Assembly: GCA_963743885.1 (NCBI GenBank)
Contig: CAVURJ010000002.1
Span: 305,706 to 369,705, forward strand
Source: Candidatus Moraniibacteriota bacterium
Lineage (GTDB): Bacteria > Patescibacteriota > Minisyncoccia > Moranbacterales > UBA1568
Length of the DNA stretch: 64,000 bases
Direction of reading: 5' to 3'
Shown: positions 10,834-20,199 of the stretch, in pieces
Numbering within the stretch: position 1 is the first letter of the stretch
Layout: the number at the start of each line of letters is the position of its first letter
Notes under the pieces: model-generated
Told to the model about the DNA's origin: nothing
Databases searched by the model: none
What the model saw: the letters and a program-made list of their open reading frames with translations, nothing else
Program-made: the position numbers and the translations under genes

Positions 10834-13800
10834 ATGCGAAAAAATCACGTGTTTTTTGTGAGTGTTTTTTTGGTAGCGTTTTTTTGCAATAGCAGCATCG
10901 CTTCGGCGTATTATCAGGATGATGACGGTAGGTATATCGTCAATGAGGATGAGACATGGAACAAAGATAATACATATGTTTTTGATCACGAGGTCGTGGT
11001 CGATATGGGAGCAAAATTGATCATCGAGCCCGGTACAACAATCTCTTTTAGGCGTGATGATAATGGTGATGCGGTGCCGTTCAGTGTCTATGATGGCCAA
11101 GTACAGGCAATTGGGACCGAAACAGAGCCGATCGTATTCAGGCGCGAAGGCGATGATGGCGCATTCTATATTAATTTCGATGACGGAAGTAATAAGACGT
11201 CTGTTTTTAAGTACGTACGTTTTCTTGAGGGGGGTGACGCGTGGTATGTCGATGCCTGTACGGATTGTCAACAGTCGCTTTTTGAGGGTTTTTTTGTTCA
11301 TCGAGCCATGGCAGCGCAGCAAAAGGCGGGAACAGAAACGCTGAGATATTCATATGGAAAACTATTGATAGAGAACTCGGTCTTCTCGAAGAGCGCATTC
11401 ATGGATGTTTGGGCGCAAGAATCTGGAATTGGTGACATTTTTGATGAAGATGGGAAGGTCATAGGAAAAGATCCTGCGCGTCTCAATATTAGTAATTCTG
11501 ACTTTAGTGGTGACACGACGGTGCCAGCGTTGCAGGTGTATGATTCCCATTGTCCATTTGCTGATCCGAATTGCCTGAAGAAGATCACATTTAATAATAA
11601 TTGGTACAGTTCACCGAGCGGCCCGAACGCGACAAGCAATTCTCAGGGGACCGGAAAACAGGTTATCGGTGCCATCAATCTCAATGGTTGGAGCACGAGC
11701 CAATTCTTTTGTTTGGAGAATTGTCATTCGAGTGTGATGTTTCTGCCAGGATTCGAGGGGAGTAGGCTGCTTGAAGGTTCACAGCAGGTATGGGAACCAA
11801 GGGCTAATTTTGACGTGGAAAGACTGTATCTCGATAAGGGTAACAATATTTCCGTAGGAGGTATCATAGACGAGGTAAATATAACTCCGGTTACTGGTAT
11901 AGTAAACATTTACAAGACATTTGTTCGGCGGATGGATGCCATGAAGAATATTGACCACCTTATAAAGGATTGGAAGCCCGTGGCGTATGATTGGCGCCTT
12001 TCGTACGATGAAATACTTGCTGACGCATCGATTGAGAACTCCTTGAGAGATCTTGCTCTGAATTCGAATACTGGAAAAGTGACTATTGTCGCGCATTCGA
12101 ATGGCGGGTTACTTGCCAAGGCATTGATGAAGAAGATCGGCGATGCTGATACAGCGAAGCTGATTGATAAGGTTATTTTTGTGGCGGTCCCACAGGTCGG
12201 GACACCAGAGGCGATTATTGGGATGTTGAATGGCGAGAAGCAGGAAATCACACCGATGATGGATGAACGGACTGCTCGGGGATTGTCGGAGAACATGCCG
12301 GGAGCGTATCAATTGCTTCCATCAGATGAATATTTTTCGGTCGTACAGACTCCGGTTGTGACGTTTGATATTTCTGATAGTTCTGATTTGAAGGGGCGCT
12401 ATGGTGATAAAATAGAATCAAAGGGAGGACTGGATGATTTTCTCGATGATGGCCATAGGCGGGTATCGGCGATTGATGATGATATCCATACGCCGTCGAG
12501 TCTGAAGGGGAATCTTATAGACGCCGCAAAGAATGTGCATAGCTCGCTGGATGGTTGGGATGCTCCTGATGGAGTGAGAGTGGTCCAAATTGCTGGTTGG
12601 GGAGTGCCATCGACTACCAAAGGAGTAGAATACTTTTCAGAAAAGAAAAAGCATTGCGATGAATCGCTTTGTACTACGGCGGATTATCTGCGGTTAGGAG
12701 ACATCGATTCTACCATTGATGGTGATGGTACGGTGGTGTTTCCGAGCGCACTGTATATGGACGGTGGGGCAGAGAGGTATTATGTTGATTTGGCGGGATA
12801 TAATAAATCGCTTGATAGAATTTCTAATCTCCAGCTTTTAGGAATTGATCATAAAAATATTCTTGAAATTCCAGAACTCACCTCTTTTATAGTGGATTCT
12901 GTTTCTAAAAATCTGAAACCTATTGCTGATTATGATTATCTTTCGACAGAAATTCCGGATTCTGATGATGAAAATCGTATCCAGTATTCACTTCATTCAC
13001 CGCTTACTCTTGATTTATATGATGATCAGGGTCGGCATACTGGCGTGACGGCTGACGGGATTATCGAAGAGAAGATTCCAGGAACGTATTATAAACAGTT
13101 TGGTGACGTGAAGTTCATTTTCGCTGACGAGTCTTCTTCGATGCATGTCTCGATGAGTGGGTATGCCGCCGGGACATTCACGTTTTCCGTGAAGGAATTG
13201 CACGGTGACACGGAGCTCGGGGAGGTTGTATTCAAGGATATGCCGACGACCTCAGAGACCGAAGTGACCTTCGATATGCCGAGCGATCTCGCGCACGCTG
13301 GTGATTTGCATATTGATGTGGATGGGGATGAGGCGGTTGATTATCAGTTGCAGCCGAAAATAGGCGAAGTGGTGACGTTTGGAGAAAAAGACGAAATTGC
13401 CCCGACGACAACTCTTTCGCTCTTTGGTACCCAGGGAACGAATGGTTGGTATACGAGTGATGTGACAGTCACGCTCTCGGCTACGGACAATGATGGTGGC
13501 AGTGACATCGAAAAAAAGGAATACTCTCTCGATAATGGCACGACTTGGACCGCGTATGCCGATTCGTTCGTAGTCTCGACCGAAGGCACGATGACTCTCC
13601 AATATCGCTCCATCGACAAAGCTGGCAATCAGGAAGAGATGAAGACTGAAACCGTAAAGATCGACAAAATCAAGCCAATCATCACGGGGACAGCTCTTCC
13701 GGCTGCCGATGCGAACGGATGGAATACTACTGATGTTGAGGTACGTTTCGTCTGTACTGACAGTGGAGTGAGTCAGTCAGGCATTGAGACGGACATGGTA

Positions 13801-14475
13801 GCAGGGAGTACTCTGACATCAGAAGGCAAAGGGCAATCAGTGACGAATACGGGGGAATGTACCGACAAAGCTGGCAACCAGGCCATACTAGCAACGGTAT
13901 CGGGCATCAATATCGACAAAACCGCCCCGGAAGCGAAGATATCCTTCAATCCGACCACGCAGAAGCTTGATATATCAGGAACAGACAATCTTTCAGATGT
14001 TTCCGTCACTCTCCTCGAAAAACAAGAACTGACGCCATCAAATAAGAAGGTGAAGAAGATCAAAGACTGGTTCTCAAAGTGGCACGGCAAGCACAAGAAG
14101 AATCTTCCAGATATGCTCGCTACTATCACGGACCAGGCTAGTCATACTACGAGTCTTTCTTTCGAGAAGCAAGAAAACAAAGGAAATGCCTTTGTTCGCC
14201 TTCTCTCTATAGAGTATGATGGAGAGGAAGAAAATATCCTGAGAAACGCCTCTCTCGGCTATACCTGGCGCATAGACCGGAAGGGCCAGTATTTGGACTT
14301 TTCTTCATCGCTGATTACGGAGGATATTCGTCTTTTTTCCACCTACCTCTCTAAGCAGGATCGGACACTTATCCTGGAGCAGGAGAGGCGCCATCTTCTT
14401 CGTTTGACGAGCGTTGATGGGATGACAGTGCCATATCTGGAGAGTGAGAAAGGAAAAATGAAATTTGAGTATTAA
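10834..14475 (+). CDS. Large secreted alpha/beta-hydrolase (LCAT/phospholipase A2-like) with N-terminal beta-helix-like region and C-terminal Ig-like repeats
   Basis: Signal peptide; FLPGFEGS, YDWR, AHSNGG, P.VGTP and DGDGTV motifs; C-terminal DxxAP/GWY/YRSIDKAGN Ig-like units. Confidence 0.8.
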   Translation: MRKNHVFFVSVFLVAFFCNSSIASAYYQDDDGRYIVNEDETWNKDNTYVFDHEVVVDMGAKLIIEPGTTISFRRDDNGDAVPFSVYDGQVQAIGTETEPIVFRREGDDGAFYINFDDGSNKTSVFKYVRFLEGGDAWYVDACTDCQQSLFEGFFVHRAMAAQQKAGTETLRYSYGKLLIENSVFSKSAFMDVWAQESGIGDIFDEDGKVIGKDPARLNISNSDFSGDTTVPALQVYDSHCPFADPNCLKKITFNNNWYSSPSGPNATSNSQGTGKQVIGAINLNGWSTSQFFCLENCHSSVMFLPGFEGSRLLEGSQQVWEPRANFDVERLYLDKGNNISVGGIIDEVNITPVTGIVNIYKTFVRRMDAMKNIDHLIKDWKPVAYDWRLSYDEILADASIENSLRDLALNSNTGKVTIVAHSNGGLLAKALMKKIGDADTAKLIDKVIFVAVPQVGTPEAIIGMLNGEKQEITPMMDERTARGLSENMPGAYQLLPSDEYFSVVQTPVVTFDISDSSDLKGRYGDKIESKGGLDDFLDDGHRRVSAIDDDIHTPSSLKGNLIDAAKNVHSSLDGWDAPDGVRVVQIAGWGVPSTTKGVEYFSEKKKHCDESLCTTADYLRLGDIDSTIDGDGTVVFPSALYMDGGAERYYVDLAGYNKSLDRISNLQLLGIDHKNILEIPELTSFIVDSVSKNLKPIADYDYLSTEIPDSDDENRIQYSLHSPLTLDLYDDQGRHTGVTADGIIEEKIPGTYYKQFGDVKFIFADESSSMHVSMSGYAAGTFTFSVKELHGDTELGEVVFKDMPTTSETEVTFDMPSDLAHAGDLHIDVDGDEAVDYQLQPKIGEVVTFGEKDEIAPTTTLSLFGTQGTNGWYTSDVTVTLSATDNDGGSDIEKKEYSLDNGTTWTAYADSFVVSTEGTMTLQYRSIDKAGNQEEMKTETVKIDKIKPIITGTALPAADANGWNTTDVEVRFVCTDSGVSQSGIETDMVAGSTLTSEGKGQSVTNTGECTDKAGNQAILATVSGINIDKTAPEAKISFNPTTQKLDISGTDNLSDVSVTLLEKQELTPSNKKVKKIKDWFSKWHGKHKKNLPDMLATITDQASHTTSLSFEKQENKGNAFVRLLSIEYDGEEENILRNASLGYTWRIDRKGQYLDFSSSLITEDIRLFSTYLSKQDRTLILEQERRHLLRLTSVDGMTVPYLESEKGKMKFEY

Positions 14476-14491
14476 TTTAAAAAATATTTTT

Positions 14492-14902
14492 ATGGAAAAG
14501 TTTTGGACAAAAAAAAAGATTTTTTTTGTAGCATTTTTCGGTGTTATTTTCTTTTCTGTATCTATTTTTTCTAGGGAAATTTCTTTGTGTCCCTCATATA
14601 GTTATAGTGATTGTGCTGAGTTTTTTGATAATTTTGCTAAAATACTTTTTCCCTTTCTTTTTCTCTTTTTCTTCTCCCTCGTCACGTATTTTATGAAGGA
14701 AGAAGTTTTTCAGGCTTGGTTCCGTCTCGTCCGCATCTATATACCTGGATCCATATTTCTTATCCTTCTTGCCCCGTCCTATAGTAGTAATTGGATGTTC
14801 CCGTATGACAAGGGTATGGCGGCCGTTATCGCGTCTGTTGGCTTTATCATCGTTTCGATTATTAATATCACCTGGTCCTACAGACGGACGAAACAAAAAT
14901 AA
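14492..14902 (+). CDS. Small four-TM membrane protein, partner of the secreted lipase
   Basis: ATG 14492; core FFFSLVTYFMKEEVFQAWFR shared with the genes at 45045 and 46400; Cys pair in first loop. Confidence 0.75.
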   Translation: MEKFWTKKKIFFVAFFGVIFFSVSIFSREISLCPSYSYSDCAEFFDNFAKILFPFLFLFFFSLVTYFMKEEVFQAWFRLVRIYIPGSIFLILLAPSYSSNWMFPYDKGMAAVIASVGFIIVSIINITWSYRRTKQK

Positions 14903-14982
14903 CGGGTATTAACCCGATTTTACTGGCGCTCCGTTCGAAAACAAAAGTAAACTTTTGTTTCACTCACTACACTTGGTAATAG
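14900..14982. repeat. Dispersed structured element, copy 2 (short form)
   Basis: TAAcgggtatt-aacccgatttta...aaacaaaagt-aa-acttttgttt...cttggtaaTAG. Confidence 0.75.
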
Positions 14983-14987
14983 AAATT

Positions 14988-16016
14988 ATGTTGTTCAAAA
15001 AGAAACCGTTTGAAGTCATCTGTATCGGGTCGACGTCCAAGGACGTCTTCTTTCCGACGGACGAGGGGGTCATCATCGAGACGCCGGAAGATATCACCTC
15101 CAAAGTGAAGGTGGCTTTCGAGATGGGTGGGAAGTTCCGTGTGAAGAATCGCTATGAGGCGGTCGGTGGTGTCGCGGCCAACGTTGCTTGTGGTCTCGGT
15201 CGGCTCGGACACAAAGTCGCCTGCTATAGCAAGGCCGGAACGGACGAGATGGGGAAATGGGCCGTAGCGGAGCTTCGGAAGAATCACGTCTCGACTGAGC
15301 GCTTTTTCTCTGACAAGAGCGTCAAGACCGACCTTTCAGCCATCGTCGTCATGGAACAGAATGCTGAGCGCATCATCTTTCATAATCGGGATGCCAATGA
15401 GAAGCTCGAGATCATCGAGGAGCGTCTGCTTGATACCAAATGGCTCTTCGTGAGTGCTCTCAATGGCGATTGGAAGGGGAATCTCGGCAAGATCCTCGAT
15501 ATCCGCGAACGGCACGGTTTTCGGCTCGCACTCAATCCCGGCCAGCACAATATCAAGCATGATGCCCGGGAGGTGCTCCAGGCTATCCGGAAGACGGATC
15601 TGCTCATTCTCAATAAGGACGAGGCGATCGAGCTCATCATGCAGTCGCACGAGCAGTATACCCGCGAGGAGCTTGATGATGAGGTATTCCTCCTCTCGGC
15701 GCTCCACGAGGCTGGGGCCAAGACGATCGGCATGACGGACGGCAAGCGCGGCGCCTGGGGATCGGATGGCAAGGAACGCTGGTTCTGTCCGATCCATACG
15801 CGCGCTGGTGTCATCGATAGCACCGGCTGCGGCGATGCGTTCGGATCAGGGCTTTTTGCGGCACTGCTTGAGGAACGGCCGCTCGATGTGGCGCTTCGTT
15901 ATGGCATGGCGCAGAGCGGCAGTGTCGTAGGATATTACGGCGCTATCGAAGGTCTGCTCCGTCCAGAAGAGATGGAGAGTCTCATCCAGAAGATTATACC
16001 GAAACGTCTCAAATGA
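14988..16016 (+). CDS. PfkB-family carbohydrate kinase
   Basis: GGVAANVA.GL.RLG and DSTGCGDAFGSG signatures. Confidence 0.9.
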   Translation: MLFKKKPFEVICIGSTSKDVFFPTDEGVIIETPEDITSKVKVAFEMGGKFRVKNRYEAVGGVAANVACGLGRLGHKVACYSKAGTDEMGKWAVAELRKNHVSTERFFSDKSVKTDLSAIVVMEQNAERIIFHNRDANEKLEIIEERLLDTKWLFVSALNGDWKGNLGKILDIRERHGFRLALNPGQHNIKHDAREVLQAIRKTDLLILNKDEAIELIMQSHEQYTREELDDEVFLLSALHEAGAKTIGMTDGKRGAWGSDGKERWFCPIHTRAGVIDSTGCGDAFGSGLFAALLEERPLDVALRYGMAQSGSVVGYYGAIEGLLRPEEMESLIQKIIPKRLK

Positions 16017-16026
16017 TGGTATACTG

Positions 16027-16180
16027 ACAGTAAACAGCTAACAGCTAACAGCTAACAGTAAACAAGATGCCCCGAAGGGATGATTCTGCGTCCAATTTGT
16101 TCTCTGTTGACTACTTATTGTTATCTGTTGATTGTTAACTGTTTCTTGTTGACTGTTCCCTGTTGATTGCTCACTGATCT
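16027..16180. repeat. Heptamer-period inverted repeat (AACAGct / CTGTTga)
   Basis: acagtaa-acagcta-acagcta-acagcta arm; opposite arm of tgtt units at 7-bp spacing. Confidence 0.8.
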
Positions 16181-16185
16181 GACGT

Positions 16186-17454
16186 ATGGGTCTTTTCTCG
16201 AAACTCTCACTCAAAGGAGGCTCTGATCTCCTCTTAGCGCTCGACATCGGCACCGAAGTCGTGAAGGCGCTGATTTTTCGTGTCGATCCGGCCGAGAAAA
16301 AAGGGGTCATCATTGGCGTTGGCAAGGTACCGCAGAAGGCCGGCAATATGCAGAGCGGCGCTGTCTCTGATATCAGCGGCGTCATCGTGTCGTCGCGCGA
16401 AGCGATCGCGCTCGCCAAGGAGCGTGCCGGGGTCAAGCGCGTCGAGAAGAGCATCATCGGCATCGCGGGCGAGCTTGTGAAGGGGACGACGACCACGGTG
16501 CACTACGAGCGCGTCAATCCTGAGATGCATATCGGTATCCCCGAGCTCAAGATGATCATCCAGAAGGTTCAGGAGAAGGCATATGAGCGCATCCGCCGCC
16601 AGCTTGCCTGGGAGACGGGCCAGGACGATATCGATGTGAAGCTCATCAATGCGGCAGTCGTGGACGTGCGTATCGACGGCTATCATGTCCAGAACCCAGT
16701 CGACTTCCAGGGGCGCGATGTCTCGATGAGCGTCTTCAACGCGTATGCTCCGATGATCCATCTTGGTGCGCTTCAGACCATCGCGGACGAGCTCGATCTC
16801 GATCTGCTTTCCATCGCGGCGGAGCCGTATGCGGTCGCGCGCTCGATTGAAGTGGATGACATGCTCGATTTCAGCGCTATCTTCATCGATATTGGCGGCG
16901 GCACGACGGATATCGCTGTGGTGCGCAATGGCGGTCTGGAAGGCACCAAGATGTTCGCGCTCGGCGGTCGCGCCTTCACCAAGCGACTGGCGCAGGAGTT
17001 CGGCGTGAGCTTTGATGTCGCGGAACAAATGAAGATCGATTATTCGAACGGCAAGCTCTCGGGTGGTGACCAGACGCGCATCGCGACCCTCTATGCTGAT
17101 GACTGTCGTGTCTGGCTCGGCGGTGTGGAGCTCTCGCTCATGGAATTTGCTGAGACAGACCTCCTCCCGTCGCGTATCTTCCTCTGTGGCGGCGGTTCGG
17201 CTCTTCCGGGCATCAAGCAGGCGCTCCTCTCGCCGGAATGGGCGAAGGCGCTGCCATTTTCCAAGGCACCTCAGGTTGGTTATCTCCAGCCGCGCGATGT
17301 CGTCCGCATGACGGATGCGACCGGTGAGCTCAATAATCCGCAGGACATCACTCCGATCGGACTCGCCCATCTCGGGCTCCTCGATCACATGGAGGAAGAG
17401 AAGATGCTCTCGAGCATCCTCCGCCGCAGCATGGAGTCGATAGAGAGACGCTAA
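16186..17454 (+). CDS. ftsA: Cell division protein FtsA (actin-like ATPase)
   Basis: LALDIGTEVVK, IDIGGGTTDIAV, LGG..FTK.LA, LCGGGSAL. Confidence 0.8.
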   Translation: MGLFSKLSLKGGSDLLLALDIGTEVVKALIFRVDPAEKKGVIIGVGKVPQKAGNMQSGAVSDISGVIVSSREAIALAKERAGVKRVEKSIIGIAGELVKGTTTTVHYERVNPEMHIGIPELKMIIQKVQEKAYERIRRQLAWETGQDDIDVKLINAAVVDVRIDGYHVQNPVDFQGRDVSMSVFNAYAPMIHLGALQTIADELDLDLLSIAAEPYAVARSIEVDDMLDFSAIFIDIGGGTTDIAVVRNGGLEGTKMFALGGRAFTKRLAQEFGVSFDVAEQMKIDYSNGKLSGGDQTRIATLYADDCRVWLGGVELSLMEFAETDLLPSRIFLCGGGSALPGIKQALLSPEWAKALPFSKAPQVGYLQPRDVVRMTDATGELNNPQDITPIGLAHLGLLDHMEEEKMLSSILRRSMESIERR

Positions 17455-17468
17455 AAATACACATTCAT

Positions 17469-19442
17469 ATGCAGCAGACCTTCTACATCGAATCAGACGA
17501 AGAAATCATCTCGGTTATCGGCCGGCTCCGCAAATCCGGATCCGAGAAGAATTTCTTTGTCTTTCCGAAGCGGGCGCTGGTGCTTCAGAGTATCATTAAT
17601 CTGCGTCTCTTCCAGCGCGAGGCTCAGAAGCTTGGCAAGAAGGTGATCATCGTCACGCAGGACGAGGCGGGCCGAGCGCTCGCTGAGAAGGCTGGCATGG
17701 AGACGGAGCACTATTCTGATGATTTTTCTCGCGATCGCGCCCATGTCGAGCTTGCGGCTGCGCCGGTTGTTCCGGTATCTGTCCCAGTAGCGCCGGCGGT
17801 TGCCGGACCTGAGAAGATCGCTCCTCGTGCTGATATGATTGGTAGTTCCGATTTTCATTCGTCAGCTCAGTCATCGATTCGGCCCGAAGCACCGCAGGTT
17901 GCTATGAATGATGCGCTCGGCCAGAAGCTCCGTATCCGCAATGCCTCGCCGGAACGCCAGCCGGGACTCAATTCGGTCCGGTATGCCGAAGAGGCGGCGG
18001 CGCGTTCCCGCGAATCCCATGAGCAGCCACCGGTCCGATCAATGACGGACATGGCTCCGGCCCAGTCGTACCAGCAGGCACCAGCGCCGCTTCAGGCGCC
18101 TCTGCCTCAGATTTCTGTCGAGCAGTCTGCTCCGTCGGCTGCGCTTCCTCGTGAGGAACGACTCCGCAATTTCTTCGCTGACCGAGGATCATCCCAGGCC
18201 CCGACTGCTCCTCGTCCGCCGCGCCCATCTGCGCCTATCCAGGCCGCCATTGTCCGTCCGCACATCCCGTCCATGGGCCGGCATGCCGGTGCTATCTTCG
18301 CTTTTCTCGGTGTCATTGCGCTTGTTTCCGTGGTAGGTGCCGGCATCTATCTTTTCTTGCCGGAAGCTGCGGTGCATGTGACGCCGCACAGGACTGCCCA
18401 GAGCGCTGATACCCAGTTCTCAGCGGTCGCTGATGGCGGCATGTCTTCGGAGAGTAGTGATACCGTGTCGGGGCGCATCATCGAGAAGGATATCGAGATC
18501 TCCCGCCAGGCCGAGACGACCGGAGCATCCGGCGCTTCAAGTCAGAAGGCGCGCGGTACGGTGGTTATATACAATGCTTATAGCAAGGAAGACCAGCCGC
18601 TCGTCGCGACGACCCGGCTTGAGACATCTGATGGTAAAGTCTATCGGCTGACAAGCGGCGTCGTCGTGCCAGGCATGACCGATATCGGTGGCAAGTCGAC
18701 GCCTGGGGCGATCGAGGCCGAAGTGGTCGCCGACCAATCTGGCGAAGAGTACAATATCAGCGCATCCGAATTCACTATTCCTGGCTTCAAAGGCAGCCCG
18801 AAGTATGCGAAGTTCTCGGCCAAGTCATCCAAGTCGTTCATCGGCGGCGGGAGCGCGGGAGATGGCATGAAGATTGTGTCGAAGGCGGACATTGATAAGG
18901 CGGAAGCCGATGCAAAGGCTGATGCGAAGGCGCGCTTCCTTGAGGAGGCGGTCTCATCGCTGTCGGCTGGTGAGAAGATCATCGAGGAGAGTGTCGATAT
19001 AGCGGTCCAGTCGGTATCGGCGCCTCAGGTCGGTACAGCAGCGTCGTCATTTGATTATCAGGGTACGTTCCGCGTGCGCGCATTCGCCGTGCCGGAAGAG
19101 GAGATCCGCACCAAGGCCGGTGCTGCTGCCGCCAAAGAAGTGGCGGGCATCAAGTTTCATCCGGTATCGGTGACCCTCACGTATGGTGATGTCTCGGCTG
19201 ATTATGACCGGCGCGCTGTCCGTTTCCGGGCGCATGCGCTTATCACGCTCGAATCCGATATCGATGCTGACCGTTTCCGCATGGCGATCCTTGGTAAGGA
19301 CCAGCCTGGCATCGAGCAGGCGATGGTAGTGTTCCCTGGTATCAAGAAGATCAGCATCGATTTCAGCCCGGAATGGTTCGTGACGAGCGTGCCGGACGCC
19401 GAGAATCGGGTCACGGTCATCGTCGGTCCAGGAGAAGAATAG
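17469..19442 (+). CDS. Conserved bitopic protein, baseplate-J-like extracellular domain
   Basis: N-terminal IESDEEIISVI domain, Pro/Ala-rich linker, single TM, KARGTV.IYN...LV.TTRL...AD..GEEYNI...F.IPG. Confidence 0.6.
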   Translation: MQQTFYIESDEEIISVIGRLRKSGSEKNFFVFPKRALVLQSIINLRLFQREAQKLGKKVIIVTQDEAGRALAEKAGMETEHYSDDFSRDRAHVELAAAPVVPVSVPVAPAVAGPEKIAPRADMIGSSDFHSSAQSSIRPEAPQVAMNDALGQKLRIRNASPERQPGLNSVRYAEEAAARSRESHEQPPVRSMTDMAPAQSYQQAPAPLQAPLPQISVEQSAPSAALPREERLRNFFADRGSSQAPTAPRPPRPSAPIQAAIVRPHIPSMGRHAGAIFAFLGVIALVSVVGAGIYLFLPEAAVHVTPHRTAQSADTQFSAVADGGMSSESSDTVSGRIIEKDIEISRQAETTGASGASSQKARGTVVIYNAYSKEDQPLVATTRLETSDGKVYRLTSGVVVPGMTDIGGKSTPGAIEAEVVADQSGEEYNISASEFTIPGFKGSPKYAKFSAKSSKSFIGGGSAGDGMKIVSKADIDKAEADAKADAKARFLEEAVSSLSAGEKIIEESVDIAVQSVSAPQVGTAASSFDYQGTFRVRAFAVPEEEIRTKAGAAAAKEVAGIKFHPVSVTLTYGDVSADYDRRAVRFRAHALITLESDIDADRFRMAILGKDQPGIEQAMVVFPGIKKISIDFSPEWFVTSVPDAENRVTVIVGPGEE

Positions 19443-19532
19443 CGGACATTCCGCCGGCGGGCGGGGGCCTTTTCGGGCGCCCGGTTTTCTGCTAGTATTG
19501 CTAACTAATGAATTCATAGTAAGTTTCTCCTC

Positions 19533-19611
19533 TGTCATTCTCGCGAAGGCGGGAATCCAGGCTCCGTAAGCAGGCTTTTTCTGGATCCCGGGTCATAAGC
19601 CCGGGATGACA
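19533..19611. repeat. REP-like doublet (tgtcatt...gaatccag / ctggat...atgaca)
   Basis: Two inverted palindromic units with GTCAT/ATGAC ends. Confidence 0.7.
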
Positions 19612-19690
19612 AAAGAAAAAATCTTTGTCGGCTTATAAAAAGGCCGAATGAGGGAGCGCTTGTTATAGTTAAACCGTAATAAGGAACCCT

Positions 19691-19957
19691 ATGCAGATGC
19701 TTTCTGAAGAGGACCAGAACCGCCAAACCGCGAGACGGCGATTGGAATCCGAGATGGTGATTCTCCAATCCGATGGCAAGAAGATAGAGCGCCAGACCGA
19801 GGATATCGCGATTGAGATTAAGCGGATTAGTGATAATATCAAGCGCTTGGAGCTCGATATCCAGACCAAGGAAGCGGCTCGCCGCAAGCTTGAGACGGAG
19901 AAGATGTTGAATGACGGCGAGATGGCCCGCCTTAAGAAGCGCATGAACGTGCTATGA
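19691..19957 (+). CDS. Hypothetical coiled-coil protein
   Basis: 88 aa, charged heptad pattern; RBS aagga upstream. Confidence 0.6.
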   Translation: MQMLSEEDQNRQTARRRLESEMVILQSDGKKIERQTEDIAIEIKRISDNIKRLELDIQTKEAARRKLETEKMLNDGEMARLKKRMNVL

Positions 19958-20181
19958 CCAAGGATACGTTTGTCAGGATCGTGAAGTCGGTCGTCGAGGG
20001 CAAGGGCGTCAAGGTCTATTCTTCGAAGGAATCGAAGCTCGCGGATATCGGTCGGCAGGTCGAACGCCGTGAGATTGATCTTGATGAGGCGGCGGAAAAG
20101 GTGAAAGAAGCCTTTTCGGATGAATACGCGCTCGGCAAGGATGATTTCAAGGCGATCGCGAAGCAGCTCAAGCGGTATTGA
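19954..20181 (+). CDS. Hypothetical protein
   Basis: ATGA overlap with previous gene; directly before alaS. Confidence 0.6.
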   Translation: MTKDTFVRIVKSVVEGKGVKVYSSKESKLADIGRQVERREIDLDEAAEKVKEAFSDEYALGKDDFKAIAKQLKRY

Positions 20182-20199
20182 ACAAGGAATACTCCCGAT

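Noticed and set aside
16027-16180. Heptamer tracts as CRISPR repeats or as the short ORFs called over them
   Set aside because: Units are 7 bp and degenerate; overlapping ORFs such as 16038-16496 are low-complexity read-throughs
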